From assembly GCA_964599665.1 (NCBI GenBank), contig CAZRGO010000010.1, forward strand, positions 9,935 to 73,934: DNA of 64,000 nucleotides, read 5' to 3'. A program made the translations under genes and the position numbers. Origin of the DNA: an uncultured Prevotella sp. (GTDB lineage: Bacteria > Bacteroidota > Bacteroidia > Bacteroidales > Bacteroidaceae). The notes below the pieces were generated by a model. It saw nothing but the letters and a program-made list of their open reading frames with translations. It searched no databases and was not told where the DNA came from. Positions 9,213 through 19,735 of this stretch are shown piece by piece (the stretch's first letter is position 1; each line of letters starts with the position of its first letter).

Positions 9213-11684
9213 ATGAAGAAACTCATTATCATTGCTATTATCTTTTTAACGGGAATGGCACAGGCGATGGCACAGACATCAATGACAGACGATCAGGTGA
9301 TGCAGTTCATACTGACAGAACATAACGCCGGCACATCACAGGCACAGATACTATCAAAACTGATGAAGAAAGGCGTAGACATCAACCAAGTACGTCGTGT
9401 CAGGCAAAAATATGAGAAACAGATAAAGACACAGGGAGCCGGAGCAATAGCCGATGAAGCGGTAACAAAAGCAGACAAAGTAATGCGAACCAACAACGCA
9501 CAGGCAAAGCAGGAGCGTAACATAAAAAATATGGGGCAGACCAGTGATTTGCCCAACAGTACTGACATGCCACAAGACGAAGGTTTGCTCCCAATACCGG
9601 ACACACAGCACCCTGTAATGGAAGAAGCGTTATACAAAGGCAAAAAAGTATTTGGCCGTGACATATTCAACAATACGGAACTTACATTTGAGCCCGCCAT
9701 GAATATCGCCACTCCTCAGAATTATGTAGTAGGTCCCGGTGACAATGTCAAAGTTGATATATACGGAGCCTCACAAAAGTCGGAGGTATACACTGTCAGT
9801 CCTGATGGAGATATAACGATTGAAGGCTATGGCCCCATCAATATAGGCGGACTAACGATAAGTCAGGCTAATGCACGGTTACGCTCTACACTTGGCAGCC
9901 GCTACAGTAGCAGTAGTATAAAGATGTCTTTAGGACAGACACGAACTATAACGATTAATGTTATGGGCGAAGTAAAGACCCCCGGTACATTCACACTGTC
10001 AGCTTTTGCAAGTGTATTTCACGCACTGTATATGGCAGGTGGAATAAACGATATTGGCACATTGCGTAATATTAAAGTGTACCGTAACGGTAAACTAATA
10101 ACAGTTGTCGACGTATACGACTACATACTCAACGGTAAGTTGAAAGGAAATGTACGCCTTGCAGACAACGATGTTATTGTAGTAGGCCCATACGATAGTA
10201 TGGTCAATATCACTGGTAAAATCAAACGCCCGATGTACTACGAAATGAAAAAGAATGAGAGTGCGAACTCCCTACTTAAATACGCAGGTGGTTTTGAAAG
10301 TGACGCCTACACAAAAAACATACGCGTAGTACGCAACAACGGCACAAAGCGCTCGGTGTTCATTGTCAATGAATTCGACCTGAGTTCTTTTAAGGTCTCC
10401 GATGGCGACGAAGTTAGCGTTGACTCGATTATTGAACGTTATGAGAATATGGTGGAAATCAAAGGAGCTGTATTCCGTCCGGGGATGTATCAATTAGGAG
10501 GAGACATTACAACAGTACGAGGACTATTAGAACAGTGCGACGGTGTAACAGAGGACGCATTCACGACCCGTGGTGTAATGCACCGCATGAATCCTAACCG
10601 CACATTAAAAGTGATAAGCATTGATGTGGAGGGCATTCTCAATGGCACAACGCCTGATATAGCTTTACAAAATGAGGACGTACTGTTCATCCCGACAAAA
10701 ACCGAGCACATAACAGAACGTACCATCACTATCCACGGAGAGGTACAATACCCCGGAGTATATGCATACGCCGACGATGAAACAATTGAAGACTTCATAT
10801 TACAGGCCGGTGGTTTGAAAGAAACCGCCTCAACTGTAAAAGTGGATATTGCACGACGCATATATAACGATAAAGCTACTACAAGCGATTCGCTTATAGC
10901 CAAGATTTATAGCCTTGCATTAAAGGAAGGATTTGTCATTGACGGAGAGCCGGGATTTATCCTGCAACCGTTCGATGAGGTTTATGTACGCCGCAGTCCT
11001 GGTTATATGACACAACAAAATGTAAGCATAACAGGTGAAGTAAACTTCCCCGGATCTTATACTCTCAGCAAGCGTGGAACACGTCTGTCAGATATAATAA
11101 AGGCTGCAGGCGGCCCCAATATCACAGCGTACATAAAAGGAGCACGTCTCGAACGATATATAACGCCAGAAGAGCGCATGCGTATGCAACAGGTATTAAA
11201 GATGGCACAGCGTAACAGCGATAACAAAGACTCCATCAACACTCAGTTGCTCGACCTCGGTGACAGATATTATGTAGGTATCCAGTTAGACAAGGCATTG
11301 GCTAACCCCGGCAGTGACTATGACTTGGTATTGCGTGAGAATGACCGCATAATAGTACCGGAATACACAAATACCGTAAAAATTAGCGGTGAAGTACTAT
11401 ATCCTAACACCGTAGCATACAAAAAAGGCTCAAAGGCTAAATACTACATCAATCAAGCAGGTGGTTTCGGCCAGCGGGCAAAGAAAGGGCATACGTATAT
11501 CGTACACATGAATGGAACAGTAAACCAAATGGGCAAAGGTGACAAACCAACACCCGGTTCAGAGATTATTGTACCAACAAAGCCTAAAACTGATGCCGCA
11601 CAATTATCACAATGGCTTGCCATAGGAACTTCTACAGCATCCATTGCAACAATGATAGCGACAATAGCAAACCTGATAAAATAA
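9213..11684 (+). CDS. wza: Polysaccharide export outer-membrane protein (Wza/OPX family with multiple SLBB repeats)
   Basis: 823 aa with a signal peptide (MKKLIIIAIIFLTGMAQAMAQ). Poly_export-like segment (YVVGPGDNVKVDIYG) followed by repeated SLBB-like modules (..V.GEV..PG.Y...). Confidence 0.85.
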   Translation: MKKLIIIAIIFLTGMAQAMAQTSMTDDQVMQFILTEHNAGTSQAQILSKLMKKGVDINQVRRVRQKYEKQIKTQGAGAIADEAVTKADKVMRTNNAQAKQERNIKNMGQTSDLPNSTDMPQDEGLLPIPDTQHPVMEEALYKGKKVFGRDIFNNTELTFEPAMNIATPQNYVVGPGDNVKVDIYGASQKSEVYTVSPDGDITIEGYGPINIGGLTISQANARLRSTLGSRYSSSSIKMSLGQTRTITINVMGEVKTPGTFTLSAFASVFHALYMAGGINDIGTLRNIKVYRNGKLITVVDVYDYILNGKLKGNVRLADNDVIVVGPYDSMVNITGKIKRPMYYEMKKNESANSLLKYAGGFESDAYTKNIRVVRNNGTKRSVFIVNEFDLSSFKVSDGDEVSVDSIIERYENMVEIKGAVFRPGMYQLGGDITTVRGLLEQCDGVTEDAFTTRGVMHRMNPNRTLKVISIDVEGILNGTTPDIALQNEDVLFIPTKTEHITERTITIHGEVQYPGVYAYADDETIEDFILQAGGLKETASTVKVDIARRIYNDKATTSDSLIAKIYSLALKEGFVIDGEPGFILQPFDEVYVRRSPGYMTQQNVSITGEVNFPGSYTLSKRGTRLSDIIKAAGGPNITAYIKGARLERYITPEERMRMQQVLKMAQRNSDNKDSINTQLLDLGDRYYVGIQLDKALANPGSDYDLVLRENDRIIVPEYTNTVKISGEVLYPNTVAYKKGSKAKYYINQAGGFGQRAKKGHTYIVHMNGTVNQMGKGDKPTPGSEIIVPTKPKTDAAQLSQWLAIGTSTASIATMIATIANLIK

Positions 11685-11707
11685 TGATAACCTAAAGCAA
11701 CAGCATT

Positions 11708-13036
11708 ATGAACATAGCAGTAGCAGGAACTGGATACGTTGGTTTGAGTATGGCAACGCTCTTATCCCAATATCATAAGGTAACAGCCGTTGACATTATC
11801 CCAGAAAAGGTTGAAAAGATAAACAAGCGCATCTCGCCAATACAAGACGAATACATAGAGAAATTCTTTGCAGAAAAAGAACTCAATCTCACTGCCACCC
11901 TTGACGGTGCTGCAGCCTACAAGGATGCAGACTTCGTCATAATAGCAGCACCCACCAACTATGACCCTATAACAAACTACTTCGATACCCATAATATAGA
12001 AGACGTTATAGACCTCGTGCTCAGCACAGGCTCAAAAGCTACTATGGTGATCAAGTCTACTATTCCCGTAGGTTACACAAGATCACTGTATGTGAAATAC
12101 GCCAAGAAGTTTTATACAGATGGTCAAGATACAACACAAAAACTACGTCTTTTATTCTCGCCGGAGTTTCTGCGTGAGAGCAAGGCGTTGTATGACAATC
12201 TCTATCCTTCACGTATCATAGTAGGATATCCAAAACTAATAAATGACAATGAATACAGTGAAGAGAACAAGGCTATAAAAGCCATTGCAGGTAATCACCT
12301 TGAAGATGCCGCACACACTTTTGCACAAATGCTGCAACAGGGAGCAATAAAGGAAGATATAGACACTCTCTTCATGGGATTGAAAGAAGCGGAGGCCGTA
12401 AAACTCTTCGCAAACACTTATCTTGCCCTGCGTGTGTCTTTTTTCAATGAACTGGACACATACGCAGAAGTAAAAGGACTCGACACACAAGCTATCATTA
12501 ACGGTGTTGGACTTGACCCGAGAATCGGTACCCACTACAACAACCCCTCTTTCGGTTACGGCGGATATTGCCTGCCAAAAGACACAAAACAGCTACTTGC
12601 CAACTATCGTGATGTACCACAAAACATGATGACAGCAATAGTAGAATCTAATAGAACACGTAAAGATTATATTGCGGATGCGGTATTAAAAATGGCAGGT
12701 TACTACGCATATAGCTCAAACAACCAATTCGGAAATCCTGACAGAGAAAAAGTACCGGTCATAGGTGTATACCGTCTCACCATGAAATCTAATTCCGACA
12801 ACTTCCGACAGTCAGCCATCCAAGGTATAATGAAACGGATAAAGGCCAAAGGCGCCACTGTTATCATATACGAACCAACACTGCAAGACGGCACAACTTT
12901 CTTCGGTTCAAGCATCGTAAACGATATAAACGAATTCAAGCGGCAAAGCAATGCCATCATAGCTAACCGCTATGACAGTTGTCTCGATGACGTTTCAGAT
13001 AAAGTTTACACTCGCGACATATTCAAAAGAGACTAA
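11708..13036 (+). CDS. ugd: UDP-glucose 6-dehydrogenase (nucleotide-sugar dehydrogenase)
   Basis: 442 aa with an N-terminal Rossmann motif ([13 protein letters not shown]). Catalytic-region motif [12 protein letters not shown] and full-length colinearity with the UDPGDH family. Confidence 0.9.
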   Translation: MNIAVAGTGYVGLSMATLLSQYHKVTAVDIIPEKVEKINKRISPIQDEYIEKFFAEKELNLTATLDGAAAYKDADFVIIAAPTNYDPITNYFDTHNIEDVIDLVLSTGSKATMVIKSTIPVGYTRSLYVKYAKKFYTDGQDTTQKLRLLFSPEFLRESKALYDNLYPSRIIVGYPKLINDNEYSEENKAIKAIAGNHLEDAAHTFAQMLQQGAIKEDIDTLFMGLKEAEAVKLFANTYLALRVSFFNELDTYAEVKGLDTQAIINGVGLDPRIGTHYNNPSFGYGGYCLPKDTKQLLANYRDVPQNMMTAIVESNRTRKDYIADAVLKMAGYYAYSSNNQFGNPDREKVPVIGVYRLTMKSNSDNFRQSAIQGIMKRIKAKGATVIIYEPTLQDGTTFFGSSIVNDINEFKRQSNAIIANRYDSCLDDVSDKVYTRDIFKRD

Positions 13037-13065
13037 AAAAACATAACATACAATCCGGTAAATAA

Positions 13066-14136
13066 ATGAACGACAAAAACAATAAAGATGTAATAGACCT
13101 TGGGAAAATATTTAAAACACTCTTGGCTAAACGTAAAACCTTTTTTTATGTATGGCCAATAGTATTCGTACTCTCTTGTATTTGGATCTTACCACAACCT
13201 CGTTACTATACCAGTAGCATATCTTTAGCACCGGAGGCTGTTGGAGAAAACGTTGCAGGAGGACTGTCTTCCATAGCATCGAATTTCGGCATTAATCTCG
13301 GTAGCAACGGGGCAGATGCGTTATACCCTCTACTATACCCAGACCTTATGGAATCAAATGAGTTCATAGTAAGCCTACTTGATATAAAGATCAAGACAGA
13401 AGACGGCAATATTAATACGGACTATTATACATATCTTGTAAAATATCAAAAGAAAAATTGGCTTACACAACCTTTTATCAAACTAAAGAACAGCATAAGC
13501 GATTTATTTACCTCTGACACTAAAAGTGGTCCTTCAAAAGACAAAAAATTAAATCCTTTCATGCTGTCAGAATTCGACTACAATCTTGTAGAAGAAGTAA
13601 AAAAAACAATAACCTGTTCTGTTGACAAAAAAACAGAAGTGATAAGTATTACAGTCAAAGATCAAGACAGACTGGTTTGCGCAACCCTAACTGATTCTGT
13701 GTGCCAACATCTTCAAGATTTTATTATCAACTACCGTACAAGCAAGGCTCGCCTTGATGTTAACCATTACAGGCTTCTTGCAGACAGTGCCAAAATAGAA
13801 TATGACAAATCTGTCGCTACATACAGCGCATACTGCGATACTAATAGAGACATAATACTGCAATCTTCAGTATCAGAACGTGACAAATTAGAAAGCGACA
13901 TGCAATTGAAATACAACACATATACAGCAATGTGCACACAATTAGAGGCAATGAAAGCTAAAGTACAAGAAAAGACTCCAGCATTTACAACATTGCAAAG
14001 TGCTACAGTGCCTATAAAACCGGCGGGACCAAAACGTATGATATTTGTTATTGGTATGCTAATTTTCGCCACATTTATCACATCTCTATACATAGCGAAA
14101 GAAGATATATTCAAAAGTAACAACAACAACGACTAA
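13066..14136 (+). CDS. wzz: Chain-length determinant (Wzz/PCP-type) protein without kinase domain
   Basis: 356 aa. One TM near each end (FFYVWPIVFVLSCIWILP; IFVIGMLIFATFITSLYI) flanks a large coiled-coil-rich periplasmic region. Positioned in the polysaccharide locus. Confidence 0.75.
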   Translation: MNDKNNKDVIDLGKIFKTLLAKRKTFFYVWPIVFVLSCIWILPQPRYYTSSISLAPEAVGENVAGGLSSIASNFGINLGSNGADALYPLLYPDLMESNEFIVSLLDIKIKTEDGNINTDYYTYLVKYQKKNWLTQPFIKLKNSISDLFTSDTKSGPSKDKKLNPFMLSEFDYNLVEEVKKTITCSVDKKTEVISITVKDQDRLVCATLTDSVCQHLQDFIINYRTSKARLDVNHYRLLADSAKIEYDKSVATYSAYCDTNRDIILQSSVSERDKLESDMQLKYNTYTAMCTQLEAMKAKVQEKTPAFTTLQSATVPIKPAGPKRMIFVIGMLIFATFITSLYIAKEDIFKSNNNND

Positions 14137-14165
14137 CAGTTAATTTATAAATAAAGCCAACAACA

Positions 14166-15683
14166 ATGAATTCACAGAAGAGAGTCATTGTAAACACTAT
14201 AGCCCAGAACATACGTTCTGTAATAAATATCTGCCTATCCTTATTCTCTACCCGTATAGTATTAGAGGCTTTAGGGCAGGATGATTTCGGGATATACTCT
14301 TTGGTGGCAGGAGTTATAATGATGCTCGGATTTCTCAGCAATGCAATGCTGGTATCAACACAACGCTTCCTCTCTTTTCTCCATGGGAAAGGTGATTATG
14401 AACAGTTGAAGAAATTTTTCTCTAACAGTCTTATGCTTCATTTGGCAATAGGACTAAGCCTTCCCCTTTTATTCACCATTTTTGAACCTCTTATAATGAA
14501 CAAGCTCCTTATTATAGAGGCGGACAGGCAACAGACTGCAAAGATCGTATATTTTATTGTGTCATGCACATTGTTGATAACATTCATAACGACACCATTT
14601 CGTGCGCTTTTCATAGCACGCGAAAATATTGTATATATATCAATAGTGGATGTGTTTGACGGAGTTTTAAAGCTGGGATTAGCGTATTTTCTTTTCTATA
14701 TAAACCATGACAGACTAACAGCCTATGCCGGCATTATAATGTTAATAATGTTACTCAATCTCATAGCTTTCGCATTATACGCAAGGCTGAACTATGAAGA
14801 AACTTGCCTTATTCCAAACTTTAAAAATTGGGATAAAAATATCATAAAAGAAATCACGGGCTTTACAGGATGGACAGTTTACAGCACGGGATGTATCCTG
14901 GGACGTGTACAAGGAGTCTCTATATTATTAAACCGAGTATATGGAACATTTATAAATACCGCATACGGTATTGCTATACAAGTATCCGGAGCCATTCAGT
15001 ACATTGCAACATCGGTACAAAACGCCATGAGGCCACAAATTATAAAAGCAGAAGGAAGAAACGACAGACAAGAGATGCTATTATTCTCTGAAAGAACCTC
15101 CAAATACAGTTATCTGTTATTAGCTATCATCGTAATGCCATTGACATTCGAAATGCCAGCAATACTAAAACTATGGTTAAAAACTTTCCCTAACGAAACA
15201 GTTGATATCTGCCGTTGTATGTTGTTGACTTCATTGGTTGATCAGATAACAATAGGGTTAGGAATAGCCAATCAGGCAATAGGAAAAATACGGGATTATT
15301 CTCTATACATAAATACAATCAAGTTTCTCACATTACCTGTAGCATGGTTGCTACTTTATTGTGGTTATGGGATAACATCCGTATTATATGCATACATATC
15401 ATTAGAACTTGTATGCGCTATGATGCGTATTCCATTTCTACACTACACCGCAGGATTAAGTTATAAAAGTATAACCCAGAGAGTATTGTTAAGAATAATA
15501 TGCCCTACACTTATACTCGTATTGGCATGCACTGTAATGCAATACTTGCCTGATATGCCTTTGAGGTTCCTTATTACCGGCTGTGTGTGTGTTCTTGTAT
15601 CTATTCCTGCTGTATGGGCCTTTGGATTAGAAAGAATAGAAAAAGACTTTATCATTACAACAATAAGAAATATAAGAAAATGA
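14166..15683 (+). CDS. wzx: Wzx-type oligosaccharide flippase (MOP/polysaccharide biosynthesis protein family)
   Basis: 505 aa, polytopic (about 12-14 TM). The N-terminus (NTIAQNIRSVINICLSLFSTRIVLEALGQDDFGIYSLV) is typical of the family. Confidence 0.8.
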   Translation: MNSQKRVIVNTIAQNIRSVINICLSLFSTRIVLEALGQDDFGIYSLVAGVIMMLGFLSNAMLVSTQRFLSFLHGKGDYEQLKKFFSNSLMLHLAIGLSLPLLFTIFEPLIMNKLLIIEADRQQTAKIVYFIVSCTLLITFITTPFRALFIARENIVYISIVDVFDGVLKLGLAYFLFYINHDRLTAYAGIIMLIMLLNLIAFALYARLNYEETCLIPNFKNWDKNIIKEITGFTGWTVYSTGCILGRVQGVSILLNRVYGTFINTAYGIAIQVSGAIQYIATSVQNAMRPQIIKAEGRNDRQEMLLFSERTSKYSYLLLAIIVMPLTFEMPAILKLWLKTFPNETVDICRCMLLTSLVDQITIGLGIANQAIGKIRDYSLYINTIKFLTLPVAWLLLYCGYGITSVLYAYISLELVCAMMRIPFLHYTAGLSYKSITQRVLLRIICPTLILVLACTVMQYLPDMPLRFLITGCVCVLVSIPAVWAFGLERIEKDFIITTIRNIRK

Positions 15684-16588
15684 CGACGATAAAAAGACTT
15701 ATCTGGTCTATTATATACTGGACACTCGGAACGTTTTCGCCACAAACCTTGGTTTCATTACATTTCCGCAGAAGTCTCCATCATTCACTAAATTGGAAAA
15801 ATCCAAGAGATATAAATGAAAAGATACAATGGCTTAAATTCAATTCAGATACATCTACATGGACTGATTATGCAGATAAATACCGTGTCCGCAAGCATAT
15901 AGAAGAAACAGGACTTGGATATATGCTCATACCGCTCATTGGAATATGGGAAAAAGCAGAGGATATAAACTGGAACGTACTACCAAATAAATTCGTAATG
16001 AAAACGAACCACGGTTGTGGAGATGTACTAATATGTAATGATAAGTCCTCACTTGATATAAAAATATGGACGAAACATTTTTCCAGATTAATGAAAAAGA
16101 AATTTGGTAAGAAAATGGGAGAGCCACATTATAACAAAATTCGTCCTTGTATCATTGCCGAAGAACTATTGGATAGTACAAAACAACAGGTAAAGTCCAC
16201 ATCGCCGGTAGATTACAAAATATGGAGTTTTAATGGAAAACCTGCTTATATATGTACTTACCACAACCGTACCAAGGAATCATGTGAATTGGGTATATAC
16301 GACCTTGAATGGAATTTCCATCCCGAGTTCATAAAACCTAACGCTCATTATACAATCACAAAAAATCCGATTCCACGTCCAAAAGCATTAAAAGATATAC
16401 TCAATGCAGCATCAAAACTCAGTAAAGGATATGCAATAGTAAGGGTCGACTTTTACGTGATTGATGATAAACCATACTTTGGAGAAATGACATTCACTCC
16501 AAGTGCCGGATTTAATTGTTCCTACACACAAGAGTTCTTAAACATACTTGGTGATATATGCAACATACATGCCAACACTAAGATTTAA
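15680..16588 (+). CDS. TupA-like ATP-grasp amidoligase-family protein
   Basis: Start placed at the ATG (MTTIKRLIW...) that overlaps the wzx stop as ATGA. Motifs NWKNPRDINEKIQWLK, FVMKTNHGCGDV, DYKIWSFNGKP and VRVDFY..DDKPYFGEMTFTPSAG match the ATP-grasp TupA family. Confidence 0.7.
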   Translation: MTTIKRLIWSIIYWTLGTFSPQTLVSLHFRRSLHHSLNWKNPRDINEKIQWLKFNSDTSTWTDYADKYRVRKHIEETGLGYMLIPLIGIWEKAEDINWNVLPNKFVMKTNHGCGDVLICNDKSSLDIKIWTKHFSRLMKKKFGKKMGEPHYNKIRPCIIAEELLDSTKQQVKSTSPVDYKIWSFNGKPAYICTYHNRTKESCELGIYDLEWNFHPEFIKPNAHYTITKNPIPRPKALKDILNAASKLSKGYAIVRVDFYVIDDKPYFGEMTFTPSAGFNCSYTQEFLNILGDICNIHANTKI

Positions 16589-17768
16589 TCCCACTCAACA
16601 ATACTGGTTAGCACTACTATTTATACCTATATTGCTAACTCGTACCTGCATTACATTCGTAGTGTGGGATTCTCTTGTTAGCGTTTCCATTGCCGCTGCC
16701 GGAGCAACAATCGCAGCAGCATTAGTGATGTTAACATTATTTGCTTTCAAACCTATATTGGGACGTTTCGAGAGCCTTGTCACTACTTATATTACACTCT
16801 TACTCGTTTTTACAATAATCAATGGTACATCGTTAAAAGATTGTATATTTTACTATTCTGAGATACTGCTGCTTTGTCTTATTATAAATTATACTAAGCA
16901 AAACCGATGGAATGAAATTATCAAAATATCCACAGTTACACTATCCAGTTTCATATATTTAGGTTTCACACTCCTATTCATATATACAGACTGGATGATA
17001 TATCAGGAAGACAGCGTATCATCTTTCCTTTTAGGCGGAAACCGCAACCAAATAGGTAGCCGTGTTATACCAGGTATAGCCCTATGCATCCTAACCTGGA
17101 AATACGGTTGGCTTTGGAAAATTAACTGTATATTGATATCCTTAATAGGTTTCACTCATCTGCTTATTACAGGTAGCATGACCTCTACATCATGTACAAT
17201 ACTAATATTACTATTCTGTCTAATTCCATCTACATCCTTAAAACGTTTGGGAATAATAGGAATGTTCTTTTTCAATTTATTCTTCCAAATATTTATTTGT
17301 TTTAATGGAAAAGGCATTGAGAGCAATGATGTAGCGGTTTATATTATACAGGATCTGTTAGGAAAGGATCTGACATTTACAAATCGTACAGAGATGTGGG
17401 ACAGTGCAAGAAAAATTTTTGTACAATCCCCATTATACGGATATGGCTGGGTTGACAGAGACTGGTACGTGGAGAACATGAGTTCATTTGCAGTCGGTCC
17501 ACACAATCTATGCTGGTCTATATTAGTAACTGGAGGAATATCACTGTTCTTTATATTTATAGCATGCTGTTATATGGCTTGCATAAGAAATATTAACACA
17601 GTAAAACAATGGAGTCATATCCGCTGTTGTCTCTTATTCTGTTTTGTAATATTCCTCTTCATGCAAGCTTTCGAGGTATATGCACTATTTTTTAATTTCC
17701 TATTCCTATTTTTAATATACTATTATAAAGAAATAGAACAAACATGGCAAAAATCCGTTATATCATAA
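16548..17768 (+). CDS. wzy: Wzy-type O-antigen/capsule repeat-unit polymerase
   Basis: 406 aa with about 10-11 TM. Large loop carries a Wzy_C-like motif (MWDSARKIFVQSPLYGYGW). The start is uncertain (16548 or ATG at 16569); both overlap the preceding gene. Confidence 0.7.
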   Translation: MVIYATYMPTLRFNPTQQYWLALLFIPILLTRTCITFVVWDSLVSVSIAAAGATIAAALVMLTLFAFKPILGRFESLVTTYITLLLVFTIINGTSLKDCIFYYSEILLLCLIINYTKQNRWNEIIKISTVTLSSFIYLGFTLLFIYTDWMIYQEDSVSSFLLGGNRNQIGSRVIPGIALCILTWKYGWLWKINCILISLIGFTHLLITGSMTSTSCTILILLFCLIPSTSLKRLGIIGMFFFNLFFQIFICFNGKGIESNDVAVYIIQDLLGKDLTFTNRTEMWDSARKIFVQSPLYGYGWVDRDWYVENMSSFAVGPHNLCWSILVTGGISLFFIFIACCYMACIRNINTVKQWSHIRCCLLFCFVIFLFMQAFEVYALFFNFLFLFLIYYYKEIEQTWQKSVIS

Positions 17769-18574
17769 TTATATTATTGACAATTAGCAGCATAACATCA
17801 TGCGCTCAAAGTCCTAAGAACCGCGACAAGAACTACACACTACAGTGGAGTGACGAGTTTAATGATGACTCCATAAACTGGAACAATTGGTCGAAGATGC
17901 CAAGAGTCCACAATGTAAGATCATTTGCAAATTTTACTGATGATGCACGATGGTATGAGAAAAAGAAAGGATACCTGCGTCTGTGGGCAAGAGTAAACAA
18001 GGGTGAATATGCATTAAAAGACACCGCCCGTTTTCTGACAGCAGGAATCACTTCCCACAAGAAAAAGACTTTCCGTTACGGCAAAATCATGATACGCGCC
18101 CGAATACATGGTGCAATAGGAACATGGCCCGCAATATGGATTATGCCAGAAGACAAAAAAATCTGGGGTATAGATAATAAGAAATATGCAGAAATAGATA
18201 TCCTCGAATATGTTGATAAAAACAATTTTATTTATCAAACAGCACATAATCATTATACTTTACAGGACAAAGCTCATTGGACCAAACCACCACAACAAGC
18301 CCTTCCAAAGATAAATGTTAACAAATACAACATATATTGTATAGAAATACTACCTAATGAACTAATATTCTCAATAAATGGAAAAGAGACACTACGTTAT
18401 CCGAGAATGAAAGAATTAGAAAACCAATATAATTATGGCGTAGAATCACATTTAAGGATACACGAGCAAATCTACCCACCAAAATGGTGGTCGAAAGGCA
18501 TCGACACAACCACGTTTCCTGGATATATGGACATAGACTGGGTACGAGTATATTCCTTGAACCCACAACCATAA
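17744..18574 (+). CDS. Glycoside hydrolase family 16 lipoprotein (endo-beta-glucanase-like)
   Basis: 276 aa with a lipoprotein signal (LLTISSITSC). Contains the GH16 catalytic motif E-I-D-I-L-E (YAEIDILEY). Overlaps the 3' end of wzy by 25 nt. Confidence 0.8.
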   Translation: MAKIRYIIIILLTISSITSCAQSPKNRDKNYTLQWSDEFNDDSINWNNWSKMPRVHNVRSFANFTDDARWYEKKKGYLRLWARVNKGEYALKDTARFLTAGITSHKKKTFRYGKIMIRARIHGAIGTWPAIWIMPEDKKIWGIDNKKYAEIDILEYVDKNNFIYQTAHNHYTLQDKAHWTKPPQQALPKINVNKYNIYCIEILPNELIFSINGKETLRYPRMKELENQYNYGVESHLRIHEQIYPPKWWSKGIDTTTFPGYMDIDWVRVYSLNPQP

Positions 18575-18688
18575 AATGAATTATAATACAATTATCAGAG
18601 AGTCTACATAATATATAACAACAAAGACATTTTCCTTACACAATCACTAATTTCATCATAACTTTCTAAAATAACTACTCCCAATACT

Positions 18689-19735
18689 ATGCCATCCCCA
18701 AAGACACCATTGTTAAGCATCATCATGCCGGTCTATAATAATACTCACTATCTAAAGATTATGATAGACAGCATCTTAGTCAACACTTTCCAAAACTGGG
18801 AGTTGCTGACTATTGATGATGGTTCCAACGAAGATACACTTATGGCATTACGACAATATGAGGCCTCAGATAATCGTATTGTAGTCATTCAAAGAAAGGA
18901 ACAACCGAAAGGAGCACAGACATGCAGAAACATCGGCCTACAAAAGGCTAAAGGAGAATATATCATTTTTTTTGACTCTGATGACTATATTACCACCGAT
19001 TGCCTTCAAACACGCATAGAGGCAATACAAAAAAGATCAGATTTGGATTTCATGGTATTCCCTTCTGGAGTAATGGAGAACAATACATTCTTCAACAAAC
19101 ATAGATACCTCTACGGCTATCCTGTACTAAAAGATGACCTTGAATACTTTTGCCGTCGCATACTGCCTTTCGTTGTATGGAACAACATATACAGAACCTG
19201 TTCCCTGCGTAAGTACAACATAACATGGGATTCCAATTTGCGTTCTTTGCAAGATGCAGATTTTAATATCTCTACGCTTCTCTGCGGCATGAAATACGAC
19301 TACTGTCAATGCAAACCACATTTTGCATATCGCATAGACGCAAACGTCAGTTCCATATCGAAGAACATTACATCTGACGCACACCGCAAAAGCCATCTGT
19401 ATGCCATAGACAAATTCTATACATCTATACAAAACAGATACGGCCACAAATATGACAGCGCCCTATTCATGGGAACTACTTTCATATACAATTCAATATT
19501 CGGAACAAAAGTAGAAGTCCAATTTGCTAAGGAAATGGCCAACATAGTAAAATGCCACTCTTATGGATATGGCATTCTATTAAAAGCCATCATAATTGCT
19601 ACACAATGTCTGGGATTACTACTACCCTCAAAACTTGCCCGGCAAATTCCTATGGCTATTTTTCTAAAAAAATATTACCGTTTAGAAAACAAAAAACTAA
19701 ATAACATTTCAAAAACACACAATAAACCTAAATGA
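18689..19735 (+). CDS. Family 2 glycosyltransferase
   Basis: 348 aa. Motifs LLSIIMPVYNNTHYL...TIDDGSNEDT and the DxD motif FFDSDDY. Confidence 0.85.
   Translation: MPSPKTPLLSIIMPVYNNTHYLKIMIDSILVNTFQNWELLTIDDGSNEDTLMALRQYEASDNRIVVIQRKEQPKGAQTCRNIGLQKAKGEYIIFFDSDDYITTDCLQTRIEAIQKRSDLDFMVFPSGVMENNTFFNKHRYLYGYPVLKDDLEYFCRRILPFVVWNNIYRTCSLRKYNITWDSNLRSLQDADFNISTLLCGMKYDYCQCKPHFAYRIDANVSSISKNITSDAHRKSHLYAIDKFYTSIQNRYGHKYDSALFMGTTFIYNSIFGTKVEVQFAKEMANIVKCHSYGYGILLKAIIIATQCLGLLLPSKLARQIPMAIFLKKYYRLENKKLNNISKTHNKPK

Noticed and set aside
15587-15679. N-terminal extension of the ATP-grasp ORF (track start 15587)
   Set aside because: It would overlap the flippase by 97 nt. The ATG at 15680 gives the typical ATGA stop/start overlap and the family-typical N-terminus.
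18966-18973. T8 homopolymer just before the DxD motif of a GT2 (also A7-A8 runs at about 13609, 18155 and 21881) as slipped-strand phase-variation sites
   Set aside because: Tracts of 7-8 nt are expected by chance in this very AT-rich cassette and are shorter than typical contingency-locus repeats. There is no evidence of frame ambiguity.
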